A DNA stretch of 64,000 nucleotides, from positions 104,961-168,960 of the IMG/VR virus record IMGVR_UViG_3300031992_000016; one strand, given 5' to 3'. Shown one piece after another: positions 52,406 to 62,717 of the stretch (position 1 is the first letter of the stretch; each line of letters starts with the position of its first letter). The notes under the pieces are model-generated. The model did not search any database. It had not been told where the DNA came from and worked only from the letters and a program-made list of their open reading frames with translations. Source of the DNA: a virus (lineage: Duplodnaviria > Caudoviricetes). The translations under genes and the position numbers were made by a program.

Positions 52406-53743
52406 TTACATATTTTTGGCGGTTTCGCGCACGGCCTTAATCCAGGCAGGAGCGTTATCTGACTCGCCCGTTTCATCTAAATTGAAAGTGAAGTCTTTTT
52501 CAGGCTTCTTTTCAGTATCAAGGTCGAAACTTACCTTGTTACGAACACAAAGAATACATAATTTAGCTTCAATATCGTCCAAAGAATATTCATCAATCTT
52601 TGAAACTACATCAGCCTTATCGGCATCTGTAAGCATATAGAAACTATCAATCATGTCTTGCTTAGCCTTGCGATCGGCATCAGCCTTGAACTTGCGCAAT
52701 GGCTCAAGTTCAGCAGTAAGAGAATTTACCTGCTCTTGAAGAGAAGCGAACTGTGATTGAAGATCCTTGTAAAGTTCAGACTCAGTAATCTCTTCATCAG
52801 AAAGAGAATGCTTGGTCTTTTTCTTCTTTTTATCTTCGTCTTCATCATCTTCTGGTTCAGACTTGTCATCCTCACCATCGCCTTTATCAGATGCGGGCTT
52901 GTCTTCTTCCTTCTTCTTTTCATCAGAAGGATCTTCGCCTTTATCTTCTGGCTTGTCCTCGTTTTCTTCCTCGTCCTTGGGCTTCTTCTTAAATTCAGTA
53001 TCATCGTCCAAGGGGAGGTTCTCTTCAACAGGAGGATTTAATTTTTCATTCTCATTGTCCATGTGAGCATTTCCTCCTTTTTCCAGCATTGCTTTAATTT
53101 CCCCGACCATAGCATACATTGTCTGCTTAAAGTCATCATCTAGGGAGAATGTTGCAGCAATTCCGGCGCCTTCAAAGCAAGGTTCGCAATCCTCACCGAG
53201 AATGCAAAGTTTGGAAATTACTGCCTCATTGATTATAAAAAATTCAGGCCATCCATTATCGTCAAATGACCAATCTCCGTTAGTAAGACTTTCATCTAAC
53301 TCCATTGATTGATTATTCCCATTTGTTAAAATACGCTTAGATTCTGGATATGCCCCAGTCCAAATCCACCCTTCGGTCATTAGATACTCATGATCTACGC
53401 CATCATCAGTGAATGTTTGAAACCATACTTTTGCGTTCATATCTACAAATCCATAAGGACGTGTAGTATCAACAATTCTTATGCCATCGCCACGAATTTC
53501 TAAGTTCTTATTATGCTGCTCAAAATCATCTTTGTTTTCATTATAAAAACCAACGATTGGGCAGCCCGGCAAAGACTTAGCCATTTCAGTCGCAACAGCC
53601 TTGGTGATAACACTACCATTGCGGTTAGGTTCATCACCCACATAACATACTTTAATTTCACAATGTGAAATTAAAGGATTAACGGGAGTAAAATTCAATA
53701 ATGAAATTGTATTTTCCCGCGGTATGCTTATATGACGAGCCAT
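52406..53743 (-). CDS. Prohead protease/scaffold fusion (445 aa); TAG-free
   Basis: N-terminal NRNGSVI..H..QSMEL..LCILG..EPCFEGA protease-like motifs, then an acidic linker and a C-terminal coiled coil. Confidence 0.72.
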   Translation of the reverse strand: MARHISIPRENTISLLNFTPVNPLISHCEIKVCYVGDEPNRNGSVITKAVATEMAKSLPGCPIVGFYNENKDDFEQHNKNLEIRGDGIRIVDTTRPYGFVDMNAKVWFQTFTDDGVDHEYLMTEGWIWTGAYPESKRILTNGNNQSMELDESLTNGDWSFDDNGWPEFFIINEAVISKLCILGEDCEPCFEGAGIAATFSLDDDFKQTMYAMVGEIKAMLEKGGNAHMDNENEKLNPPVEENLPLDDDTEFKKKPKDEEENEDKPEDKGEDPSDEKKKEEDKPASDKGDGEDDKSEPEDDEDEDKKKKKTKHSLSDEEITESELYKDLQSQFASLQEQVNSLTAELEPLRKFKADADRKAKQDMIDSFYMLTDADKADVVSKIDEYSLDDIEAKLCILCVRNKVSFDLDTEKKPEKDFTFNLDETGESDNAPAWIKAVRETAKNM

Positions 53744-53755
53744 TTTACTCCCTCC

Positions 53756-55357
53756 TTAACCTTGTGAATTCTTATTAGCGATAGTTTTATCTGATTTTTC
53801 ACTATCAGCTTTTTCTGGTCGCCCACCTGTATTACTATCAGATTTGGCCGTTTTACTCTAACTTACTTCGCCCGCAGTTTTACCACTAGAACCAACTGCT
53901 TTACCAGACATAGTAGAAGACATCATTGGCGGTATCATAATATCAGACAAATGAAGTATCTCATTCTCGAAATGAGCAGTAGCTAAAATAGAACTCTGCC
54001 GTTGTCCCATAGCAACAAGAGGTAACATTTTAGAATAACCAATCTGCACTAATTCTTTATAGAATTTCGCAACTTCTTGGTAATTATAAATGGTAGTTTC
54101 TAACATATAGCTGCGGAAACTATACCGTTTATTTGGGGGACACTTTTTAGTTATCATTTTATTAAGGAAGGCTTCATACTGTAACAATAAGTTACGCATA
54201 GTGGCTTCATCGTTTAAAATAGATGATTGCAAAGCGATGTTTCCATCACTATTGAATAAATTTTGTGAAACACCAAATTCATTATAGACTTGTCTCTCAA
54301 TCTTCTCCAAACCATCCGCCGCGGCAGCAGTGCTATTTGAGTCAGCCATATCTGCAACATCAACGTCCGCAAAGGTAGTTAATACATCAACACCGACCGC
54401 ACGTTTTAACATACTAACTGCATTATTATGAATATCACGTGCTTCATCAACGTCGAATATTAAATCACCATTTTTATCAAGAGGCAATTTCTAAATCAAT
54501 ACTTTTAATAACTATTGCATGGTCTTACGACGGTCTAAATCCTGCGCCTAGTCTAAATCAATTAATGTAGGAATAGAATTAACCAAAATTGGCATATCCG
54601 ACCCATTTAAATTAAATTTAAACGCGGCAGCTGTATCCAACAAATACCAACCTTCACTATCACCAATGCCATCGCCCATTAGCTTATGCCGCTTATATAA
54701 TAAATATCCTTCTTGGAAATCTTCTGGGAACATTTTCAAAATCTTCATACGATAAACCGCATCAGGAAATTTATCATCAAAGAAGCGCATATTAAATTCA
54801 ATAGCCGGCATCCCAGCTTTAAAATAGCGACTGCGGCAATAATCAGTTGGTAGCTCTTGAATTGTCATACAGTCTTTGGTATCAACCCAATAACCATAAT
54901 AACAACCATCTCGAATAACCTTTAATGCAATATCGCCAAATACTTTTTTGAGATTAGAATTATCTAAATAAGTAAGTATTCGCGCAAATTCTGTCAGCAC
55001 TTTATCTTCTTTTAATTTATCATCTTCGATAATATATGGCGTAACATAATAATCATAACGATAAAGGAAGGCGAAGTATTTACATAAACGTTCATAAATA
55101 CCAGATATATCATAGAAATATTGTGATACTAAACGTTGAGTTGCATAATCTTTTTGCGCGAGTGCTTTTAAAATAAAATTCTTATCTGCATAAGTACGAT
55201 TGTTTTTCTTTAATGAGCCAAGGTCCAATATAGCATCTTCCAAATTTTGTAAGCCGACTTTAATTTTACGGAAGTCTATACTGTCATAATGAGGTGCGAC
55301 AACTGGCTCAGACATAGAAAATCCTTTGGCTTTAATTTCATCCTAATTTCTTGGCAA
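53756..55357 (-). CDS. Portal protein (533 aa); TAG=Gln
   Basis: TTG start after SD AAGGAGGTG; TAGs at 55343, 54548, 54512, 54491, 53858. C-terminal GGRPEK motif; size and position between terminase and protease genes. Confidence 0.8.
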
Positions 55358-55370
55358 TCATCTCACCTCC

Positions 55371-55727
55371 TTAGTATCCAGCTTTTTTCATAATATAATC
55401 ATAACTTAACAAATGTTCTTCTGTATAAGGAATTTCTATTAATTTATATCCATTCAAAGCACAAAAACGTCGTTTTAAATTATCATTATACTACTGTTGG
55501 AAAAATCCTTTTTTACCACCATATTTGGCAGAAGGCTAATAATGCTATTTTCCTTGATACTCTATTAAAAAATCTATTTCTCCATCATCATCAAATACAC
55601 AAAAATCAAATTTTAATGGTCTTCCACTTGTACTTACTAATCCTGCAAATTGCTGCTCCATAGTAAAATTAGCATCAGCTGCTTCTAGGATTTCGCGGAT
55701 AGTAATTTCTCCTCTACTTGCATTCAT
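55371..55727 (-). CDS. PD-(D/E)XK (Vsr/DUF559-like) endonuclease (118 aa); TAG=Gln
   Basis: LKFDF..LIEYQGK*HY..DNLKRRFC..LIEIPY; TAGs at 55545, 55536, 55491; TAA at 55371. Confidence 0.72.
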
Positions 55728-55731
55728 ATCT

Positions 55732-57468
55732 TTAACTCCCCTCAGTAAAAAACATCATATCACTAAGTCGCCCACGCTTACGTTTTTTACTATCCTCTTC
55801 CTACTTAATGTAGTATAATCCGTATTCAAATGCTGAAAACTTATCCTTGCGGATAGTATTATTTGCACGCTTTAAAATGATATTAACACCTTCATTTTCT
55901 TCGCGCAAATTCATCATTTCTTCTTTCAATATGGAAGTCAAAGTAAATGGTTTAAGATATTCTGCCCTTTCTTCGGGTTTCATCTCTTGTCCGCGTTTTG
56001 TTCCCATTAATTTATTTTTAGCAGCTCGCTCACTAATTAACATTTTTACACGCCCTGATGATAACTGAGTTTGTGCATTTGCGTGAGCCTCAGTGTTAAT
56101 AGGCGCATTTGCTTTAATTAAATAAAGTGCATCATACTCGCAATTATTAGTTTGATACTTTTTATAATAATTATCTTCATCATTATAAACACCAAAATCT
56201 GGGTATGTATCATTTGTGTCTGGATCTACTTGACCTTTAATCATATAATCGACTAGACCAATACCCAAACCGTTAGCATCAATTACTATACGCTTAGCTT
56301 TAAATTTATAATATAATTTCTTTAAATAAATTGCCTAATCTTCAAAGTGTTCATCTGACATTGTAAAAATATTTACTAATGTTTTAATAGATGCGCCAGC
56401 ACTTTGCGGCGTTACTTTAAATACACAAACAACAGAATCACAACCTTTGCGGCCAACATCAACAGAGAGTACATAATATGCTGTACTACGAGAACGTCCA
56501 GAATACTCATACTCTGGCTAATTTAATTTACGATTACGTTCAAATTGTTCGCTATTGAAGAAAGCATCTTCAACTGTGCCAGACCATTTAGACTCATACT
56601 CTCTATCAAAAGATGACTCATTAAATGTACCATCCATTTTTAAGTCTTTAATAAATGACTTAGAAAGCAAGCCCATGATAACTGGGATGCGCCAGGTTCC
56701 GCCCATAATAAATGCTTTATCTGGGTCGATAATCTATTGTACCAATAGCGTCATCAACTTATCGTAAGCAAATGTATTCTTCCATCCTGCTGTTGTAATA
56801 TATAATTGTGATTTATTTAAAGTTTCCTCTTCGCGCACCTCGCCGCTAGCGCAACGTCGCGCAACGTTCATTGTAGGAATTATAACTTCGTTTAAGATTG
56901 TACCATCAACACCAACGCACTCTTCAACAACACCGGCATGACGACGCTTACCACGCGAGGTATCTCTTGCCGCAATATTGTCAAACCAAGAGCCATTGTA
57001 AAAAACGTATTTACAGTAGTCTTTGCCTTCCATTGTTTTTCCTCGGCGGAAATCAATTTCGTGCGCGAAAGCTGGTATTAATGTACAAATTTCAGAAACT
57101 TTTTCTTTCATAATGCCGCTGGCCTGCTCTTTACCGCCAGAGGTAACGAATAAATGCGCACCTGGGTACAAGATACAACGAATAATAAGTATCATAACGG
57201 CTAAGAATGATTTAGAATAAGCACGAGGGAATACTGCATACACGTATTTTTTACGCATCGCCGCACGCATGAACACTCTTTGGTAATAAAATAACTAAAA
57301 ATTATTAGGATTACCAAATTGTAGCATAAAATCTACAAATAAATCTGGGTATTCACGCCAAAAAGCAACATATTGGCGCGCGATGGGTATAATAGCCCTT
57401 ACGCGCTCCTCAGATAATCCTATTTTATTTAAATCATTGCGCAAATTGAGTAAATCACTTAATGCCAT
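55732..57468 (-). CDS. terL: Terminase large subunit (578 aa); TAG=Gln
   Basis: Walker-A-like FPRAYSKSF, RGKRRH, Walker-B-like VVEE, YITTAG, nuclease SVDVGR and VIDANGLG, KDKFSA. TAGs at 57295, 56734, 56518, 56335, 55801. Confidence 0.88.
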
Positions 57469-58649
57469 TAGACCACCTCTTATTCATCTGTAAGAGATTG
57501 CATCCACTCTGCATCCTCTTCCTCTTGTTCTTCAAGGAAGTCGAAGTGATTTTCAAAATCTTCGTCCTTTAATTCTTCCAAATCTTCAATATCAAGTTCT
57601 TCATCGTCATCATCATCAGTCGTTAAGTCGGCTTCATTAGCATTAGATTTCTAAATTTCAATAATAGCCTGCTCAATACGGTCGCCTAAGTGCATCTCTT
57701 CGCGCACCAAGGTATCTGTATATTTTTGCATGTCCTTTAATGTTTCATCAACGTGGTCTTTTGGACTATCAACATAATATTTTGGAATAAAACCTTCCTG
57801 CTCGCAAATACGCACAAGCTCACCGACCGCATTTACATACTCGCCATTTTCATTTTTATTTTGCGCAGCAGTAAATTTAGCGGATTTCATTAACATGTCG
57901 TAGGTGCGCATTAGCTTTTGGAAGCCTTCAACATCGCCTAAGTCCAAAAGCTGATGCCCTTTAAGAGAGGTTTTACAAATAAACTTTAATTGGTCGATGT
58001 GCGCTGGTGTCTAAATGTCGAACGCTTCCATCATATCAGAGTAGAATTGTTCTAACTACACCCACTCATGTGGTCGATATGTTTTACCCCATTTAATAGA
58101 TAGATATTTCTTATCTTCTTCTGTTAAATCATCCTAAAAATCATCTGGTGTTAATAAATCAATTGGGGCTGGCGCAGCTTCTTCTTGTTTCGCCTACGGG
58201 TTGGCCCACTCAGGCTTCTCAGGCTTAAAATCTTTTTTAAGTTCATCGTCGATTTGTAATCCATCATAGCCCTATTCTTTCATGGCCGCAATTTTTTGCT
58301 ATTCCAGTTCGGCCTAAATCCTCTCAGTATCCGCCCAACGATAATCCTTAAATTGTTTGAGTTTCATCTTGGACAAATAACGGCCCAAAATTGTAACACC
58401 GGTTACTTTATTGCGGTCTTTGCCATATTTTTCTAGTAGTGAGTTCCACTCTTGCGGGATATATGGAACGTCGCATTCTTCTAATATCCATAAGTAAGTC
58501 TATGGATCCCAGTTATCAACATGTCGTGTAATACACTTTTTACACTCAAAAAGCTTACCATCTTTCGGGTATTTATCTAAACGGTATGATTGATAAAACT
58601 AATTGCCGTCCATGGTGCGGCCGCACGTTTTGCAATAATAATCTGCCAT
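57468..58649 (-). CDS. Zn-finger protein, putative terminase small subunit (393 aa); TAG=Gln
   Basis: CKTC..CKKC N-terminus and acidic C-terminus; TAATG coupling to terL; multiple in-frame TAGs. Confidence 0.62.
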
Positions 58650-58651
58650 AA

Positions 58652-59722
58652 TTAAGTCGCCTTCTTTCGGTTCTTAGCGTTGCGGCACTCCTTGCAGATA
58701 GAATACCATCCATCTTTTGAAGTGTTATTTACCGAAAAATAACGTTGATGTGCTAACTTAATTTGCCCACAGCGACTACACCGCTTCCACTTGCCCTTTT
58801 CCACGAACGTATAGTGCCACATCAAAAATTCATCTTGGGCGTATTGCGCGATGAGTTTAGGGATTTTATTGCGCCATAAAGACGAGATATATTCAACTGA
58901 GTGGGTGGTGCCGAATTCTTTTTCTAGTTGCGCCTTAATTTCTTCATTGGAGAAGTAAGACATTTTACATTCAGCGATGCGGCGATACATAGGAAATTTA
59001 TCAAGAGCCGCCGCATAATAGCGGTCGAAATCCTAGATGGTCGCCCACAGGTCAGTTTGCATATGATCCCAAACTTTATCTTTAATTTTGTGATAGTTGC
59101 ACATAATTGCGGAAATAACTTTGTAGTCACATAAAGAAATACCGCTCCAGCGCACCCCTTTTGTCTAAGGGTCAATCCACTCATCAAAGGGCAGCGTAAT
59201 TGGGAACCGAGTGCCACTATTCACATTCGTAAATTTAATGGGCGTCTTGTATGCGTTTTTGATTAAATACTAATCTTTCCGCATCTCGATCAATGTGCGC
59301 TTAATGATGTAAGCGTCACGCCCAGTTGCGACTTTCTACTTGGCTTCCCAGCGCTTTATTCCTTCTCTAAGTTCGCGCAAGAACGGTATTGTATCTACGT
59401 CTTCCTGAGTTATCATTACTTTTGGTTGAAAAATTACATTTTTATTATTTTCTACTAATAAATTATATACACCATCTTCGCCGTTCTCAAATTGCCCGAC
59501 CAACCCCTCAAATGAGGTTTCGCGTTTAGTTATAGTTGCCATGCGGTTCTCGGTGAGGAGGCGGCGCTATTTGCGTTCTTCTTTTTCCATACAGAGAACT
59601 AGGTAATCGGCCAATGCTTCAAGATACTGCGGAGTTGGGTCTTCCACTTCGGAGAGTATCTATTCAACTAATTTTAAACGCTCTTCTGGAGCTTCAATAG
59701 TATAGTCTAATTTTGTTGCCAT
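58652..59722 (-). CDS. Putative DNA-binding protein with HTH-like region and C-terminal Zn finger (356 aa); TAG=Gln
   Basis: ATG 59722 with SD GAAAGGAG; TAGs at 59660, 59567, 59336, 59270, 59033; CSRC..CKEC; TAA at 58652. Confidence 0.72.
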
Positions 59723-59747
59723 CCTATCAAACTCCTTTCATAGCTAC

Positions 59748-59776
59748 ATTATAGCAAAAATTTTTTGTAAAGTCAA
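59748..59776 (-). promoter_or_regulatory. Sigma-A promoter heading the packaging/structural operon
   Basis: TTGACT, 17-bp spacer ending TGC, TATAAT on the minus strand. Confidence 0.8.
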
Positions 59777-59784
59777 GTCCAGTA

Positions 59785-59813
59785 TTGACAGAACAAAAAA
59801 AATATGTTAAAAT
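59785..59813 (+). promoter_or_regulatory. Divergent sigma-A promoter
   Basis: TTGACA, 17-bp spacer ending TGT, TAAAAT. Confidence 0.75.
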
Positions 59814-59825
59814 AATATAAAGGAG

Positions 59826-60107
59826 ATGATAGCATTGGTTTGGTTATTTGTAATAATTGTCGCGCTGTTACTGCCGATTTGGTATAATACAATTCCTATA
59901 CCGGATATGAATGAAGTGAATGTTGTATGGCATCAAAAATATATAGGCTGGACATGGTGCGACAAGGATAAAAATGAACACCGCATTGGCCGATTGACTG
60001 CGTGGAAAATGTTATTAGATTATCCTGCTCGTTTGGTTGTATATACTTGGAACACAGACGATGATGATGAAGAAGATGAGGATGATAGGAATACTATTGA
60101 ATTATAA
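59826..60107 (+). CDS. Small membrane-anchored protein (93 aa)
   Basis: N-terminal hydrophobic helix, acidic tail, own promoter, TAA stop. Confidence 0.65.
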   Translation: MIALVWLFVIIVALLLPIWYNTIPIPDMNEVNVVWHQKYIGWTWCDKDKNEHRIGRLTAWKMLLDYPARLVVYTWNTDDDDEEDEDDRNTIEL

Positions 60108-60491
60108 GGAATGCTTTTTCTATTGTTTTCCCAAAAATATGGGGTGGTAAGAGGTTCCAGGCAAAAAAAATTTTTCACTTTAAAACCAATTAATTCCTGA
60201 AACATACGCCCCCCATTTCATTCTCACGCCGGCGCGCCAGCGGCCATGGCGCGCCGAGTTTGCCTGTATTTTTACCCCACAAAAAATTAATTGTCTATTG
60301 TCGCCTTTCTGGTAAATAGCGACGGTGCCCGAAACTTTGACCCCGAGAAAATGTATAAGTAGTGCATACTTATACATTTATTTTGTATATAAAAAAAATT
60401 ATGATACCCCAGAAAAATTTTTAAAAAAAGTATTGACAATAGTAAATTGGTGTGCTATAATAAGTACATCAAGAGAAAGGAGCTAACCGCT

Positions 60492-60821
60492 ATGAAGAAC
60501 AACGACTGGTGGTCCATCGCGTGCATTATTACATTAGTTATCATCACTGTTATTGTGAGCCTGGGTGTGGGCATGTCAATCCAGAAAAGAGACATGGTAA
60601 ATCGGCTTTACCCCAATGTGGCTTATGTGGTTGAGATAGACCGCGCAACAGATACCCTAACAGTGGAAGACTCAATAGGCCATCTGTGGAGCGTGCAAGG
60701 TGTAGAAGACTACATACTGGGCGACTTGGTAGGCATGGTCATGGACAGTATGGGCACAGACTTAGTGTATGATGATGAAGTGGTCAAGATGCACTATTGT
60801 GGAGGATGGAACGAAGTATAA
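60492..60821 (+). CDS. Early small membrane-anchored protein (109 aa)
   Basis: ATG after SD GAAAGGAG; N-terminal transmembrane helix; TAA stop. Confidence 0.78.
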   Translation: MKNNDWWSIACIITLVIITVIVSLGVGMSIQKRDMVNRLYPNVAYVVEIDRATDTLTVEDSIGHLWSVQGVEDYILGDLVGMVMDSMGTDLVYDDEVVKMHYCGGWNEV

Positions 60822-60926
60822 TAAAAAAATTTTTAAAAAAGTATTGACATTAATATTCATTTGTGATATACTTTAATCAAGGTAAGGGAAGTGCTTACCG
60901 GAAACAGTTAAGAGGAGGACATTACA

Positions 60927-61133
60927 ATGACAGTTTATCGCATGTTCGCTACCGAATACAATCATCGCTCCTGTGTCCGCATCTTCAAGCCCGAACAGCT
61001 TCCAACTGTTAAGCCCTTCCTGCGTCGGTATTGTGCTGAAAGCGCACCAAATACCATTGTTGAACTTGTCAAGTATGTCAATGGCAAAGCCGAAAAGTGT
61101 GTTTATAAGGTACAGAAACCTGGCAATAAATAA
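60927..61133 (+). CDS. Early hypothetical protein (68 aa)
   Basis: Own promoter, SD GAGGAGG, TAA stop. Confidence 0.78.
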   Translation: MTVYRMFATEYNHRSCVRIFKPEQLPTVKPFLRRYCAESAPNTIVELVKYVNGKAEKCVYKVQKPGNK

Positions 61134-61215
61134 AAAAAATTAAAAAAACCTATTGACAAATCCCGAAACCCGTGTTATAATGAGCATGTAAAAAGGAAAC
61201 AGGGAGGACAAACAA

Positions 61216-61401
61216 ATGACTAACATCTTGACAATCATCTTCGTCGCTATCATCGCTTTTGAAGTCTTTGCGGTATCACCCTTTGGATTATACTTTGCAT
61301 CAAAAGATTATGACAATGGCAAGCCGATGCGTGTGTTGATTGCGGCGTTTGTCCTTGCCATTCCAGCGATAGTCATTGCAGAAATTTTAGGAATAGCGTA
61401 A
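61216..61401 (+). CDS. Early small two-helix membrane protein (61 aa)
   Basis: Own promoter, SD GGGAGG, two hydrophobic segments, TAA stop. Confidence 0.78.
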   Translation: MTNILTIIFVAIIAFEVFAVSPFGLYFASKDYDNGKPMRVLIAAFVLAIPAIVIAEILGIA

Positions 61402-61468
61402 AAAAAGTATTGACAAAAAGAACGTTGTGTGTTATAATAAGACCATCAAGAGAGAGGAGACTAAGACA

Positions 61469-61669
61469 ATGATGTACGAACTGGTTCTCACCTATGACGA
61501 TGGAGCGATGAAGAAAGAAACTGCCAAACTGCCGAACCTGATGAGCGCATTGGGCATCTACATGGAGGACGACAGCTGGTGCTACGCACAGATAACGAAC
61601 TGCCAGACTGGCGAGGTCATCGCCATCTGGGAGAACAACAGCGAGTATGGTGTCACAACTGCGGGCTGA
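61469..61669 (+). CDS. Early hypothetical protein (66 aa)
   Basis: Own promoter, SD GAGGAG, TGA stop. Confidence 0.75.
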   Translation: MMYELVLTYDDGAMKKETAKLPNLMSALGIYMEDDSWCYAQITNCQTGEVIAIWENNSEYGVTTAG

Positions 61670-61688
61670 CCGAAAGGCCAGCCTTTTT
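61664..61688 (+). terminator. Rho-independent terminator
   Basis: ggctgacc-gaaa-ggccagcc-ttttt. Confidence 0.65.
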
Positions 61689-61861
61689 CCTTTCGCCGGC
61701 GCGCGCACGAACGTTTGCGCGCCGAATTCGCGCACAACTATACCCAGCACAATTCACGCGCCAAAAAGTGCAGAAAAAAAATTGCAAAAAATTTTCCTAA
61801 AACTATTGACAAGCTCGGCACGGTATGCTATAATAAGTACAACAAAGCAAGGGAGGACACG

Positions 61862-62173
61862 ATGATGATTAACATCCGCACTATCCGCAAGCTGAGCAAC
61901 AACGATGGGCTGACACTCAAAGCAGGTAAGGCTATCACATACAAAACAGGTTATCAGGTAGCAACAGAAGGCATGGAATGCACCACAGCAGAGCAGGCTA
62001 TCAAAGCGGTTAAGCAGTACGGCGGAAACTGTGGCGTGTGGTTCTCTGATGGTGTGTATTACATTGACAAGAGCCACAGAGTAAGCACCAAGCGCGAAGC
62101 GCTCACAGTGGGCAAGGCACACAATCAAATCTCTGTGCTTAAATGGTCTAACATGAGTTTGATTTATTGCTAA
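61862..62173 (+). CDS. Early hypothetical protein (103 aa)
   Basis: Own promoter, SD GGGAGG; the true start is the ATG at 61862; TAA stop. Confidence 0.78.
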   Translation: MMINIRTIRKLSNNDGLTLKAGKAITYKTGYQVATEGMECTTAEQAIKAVKQYGGNCGVWFSDGVYYIDKSHRVSTKREALTVGKAHNQISVLKWSNMSLIYC

Positions 62174-62250
62174 AAAAGTTTTAAAAAGTGCTTGACAACA
62201 ACAGCCAAACGTGATATAATTAAGCCATCAAAGAGAGGGAGGACGACACC

Positions 62251-62436
62251 ATGATGAAGCACAGCAGAGAGATGACCGCAGAACAGCACCTGATGATTCT
62301 GGAAGAGCGCTATGAGGTCAAGGTCAAGGGCACAACTATTATCGTTTATACTGATGAAGATGGAGAGACCACGCAGGTAGTGAAAGATTACATGGTGCAT
62401 TTTTCGCGCAAGGGTTATAAAATAATTTACAAATAA
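62251..62436 (+). CDS. Early hypothetical protein (61 aa)
   Basis: Own promoter, SD GGGAGG, TAA stop. Confidence 0.78.
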   Translation: MMKHSREMTAEQHLMILEERYEVKVKGTTIIVYTDEDGETTQVVKDYMVHFSRKGYKIIYK

Positions 62437-62498
62437 CCCTTGACAAATAGAACCAACGGTGCTATAATAGAGACATCAAAAGACAGGGAGGCGAAACG

Positions 62499-62663
62499 AT
62501 GGCAAAGCGGTACGTAACTCGGCAGTATCTCTGGAATACATTCTACACTTGGGGAGTGTGGGATAAAAAAGAATGTAAATGGATTGTTAATGATAGATTG
62601 TACAGAAGAAACGTCATAGAAATCGCTGACAAATTAAACAAAGAAGAACAAAAAAAGTATTGA
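62499..62663 (+). CDS. Early hypothetical protein (54 aa), below track cutoff
   Basis: Own promoter, SD GGGAGG; MAKRYVTRQYLW; its TGA stop lies inside the next TTGACA. Confidence 0.72.
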   Translation: MAKRYVTRQYLWNTFYTWGVWDKKECKWIVNDRLYRRNVIEIADKLNKEEQKKY

Positions 62664-62717
62664 CAAATAACCGCGCGTATGTTATAATTGAGCCATCAAA
62701 TGAAGGAGGTCATGCAG

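Noticed and set aside
55732-57468. Intron or intein explaining the split terminase
   Set aside because: The fragments join in frame through single TAG codons to give a normal-sized 578-aa protein.
1516-59217. Plus-strand and off-frame short ORFs in the track (for example 5344-5688, 32115-32474, 50598-50999, 52726-53028, 58924-59217)
   Set aside because: They are shadows of the long code-15 genes, with atypical composition and no evident SD.
10580-59662. Systematic placement of the first TAG near gene starts
   Set aside because: Ten genes have a TAG within 31 codons, but about as many have the first at codons 46-185. This cannot be distinguished from chance without a test.
1-59722. Decayed prophage or mass pseudogenisation
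   Set aside because: Interruptions are essentially all TAG, frames are preserved over more than 13 kb, and SDs and gene overlaps are intact. Decay would also give TAA, TGA and frameshifts.
1-59722. TAG as pyrrolysine, or TGA recoding (code 4)
   Set aside because: TAG aligns with Gln codons in internal repeats and is too frequent for pyrrolysine. TGA acts as a real stop, with ATGA overlaps at 16486 and 47512.
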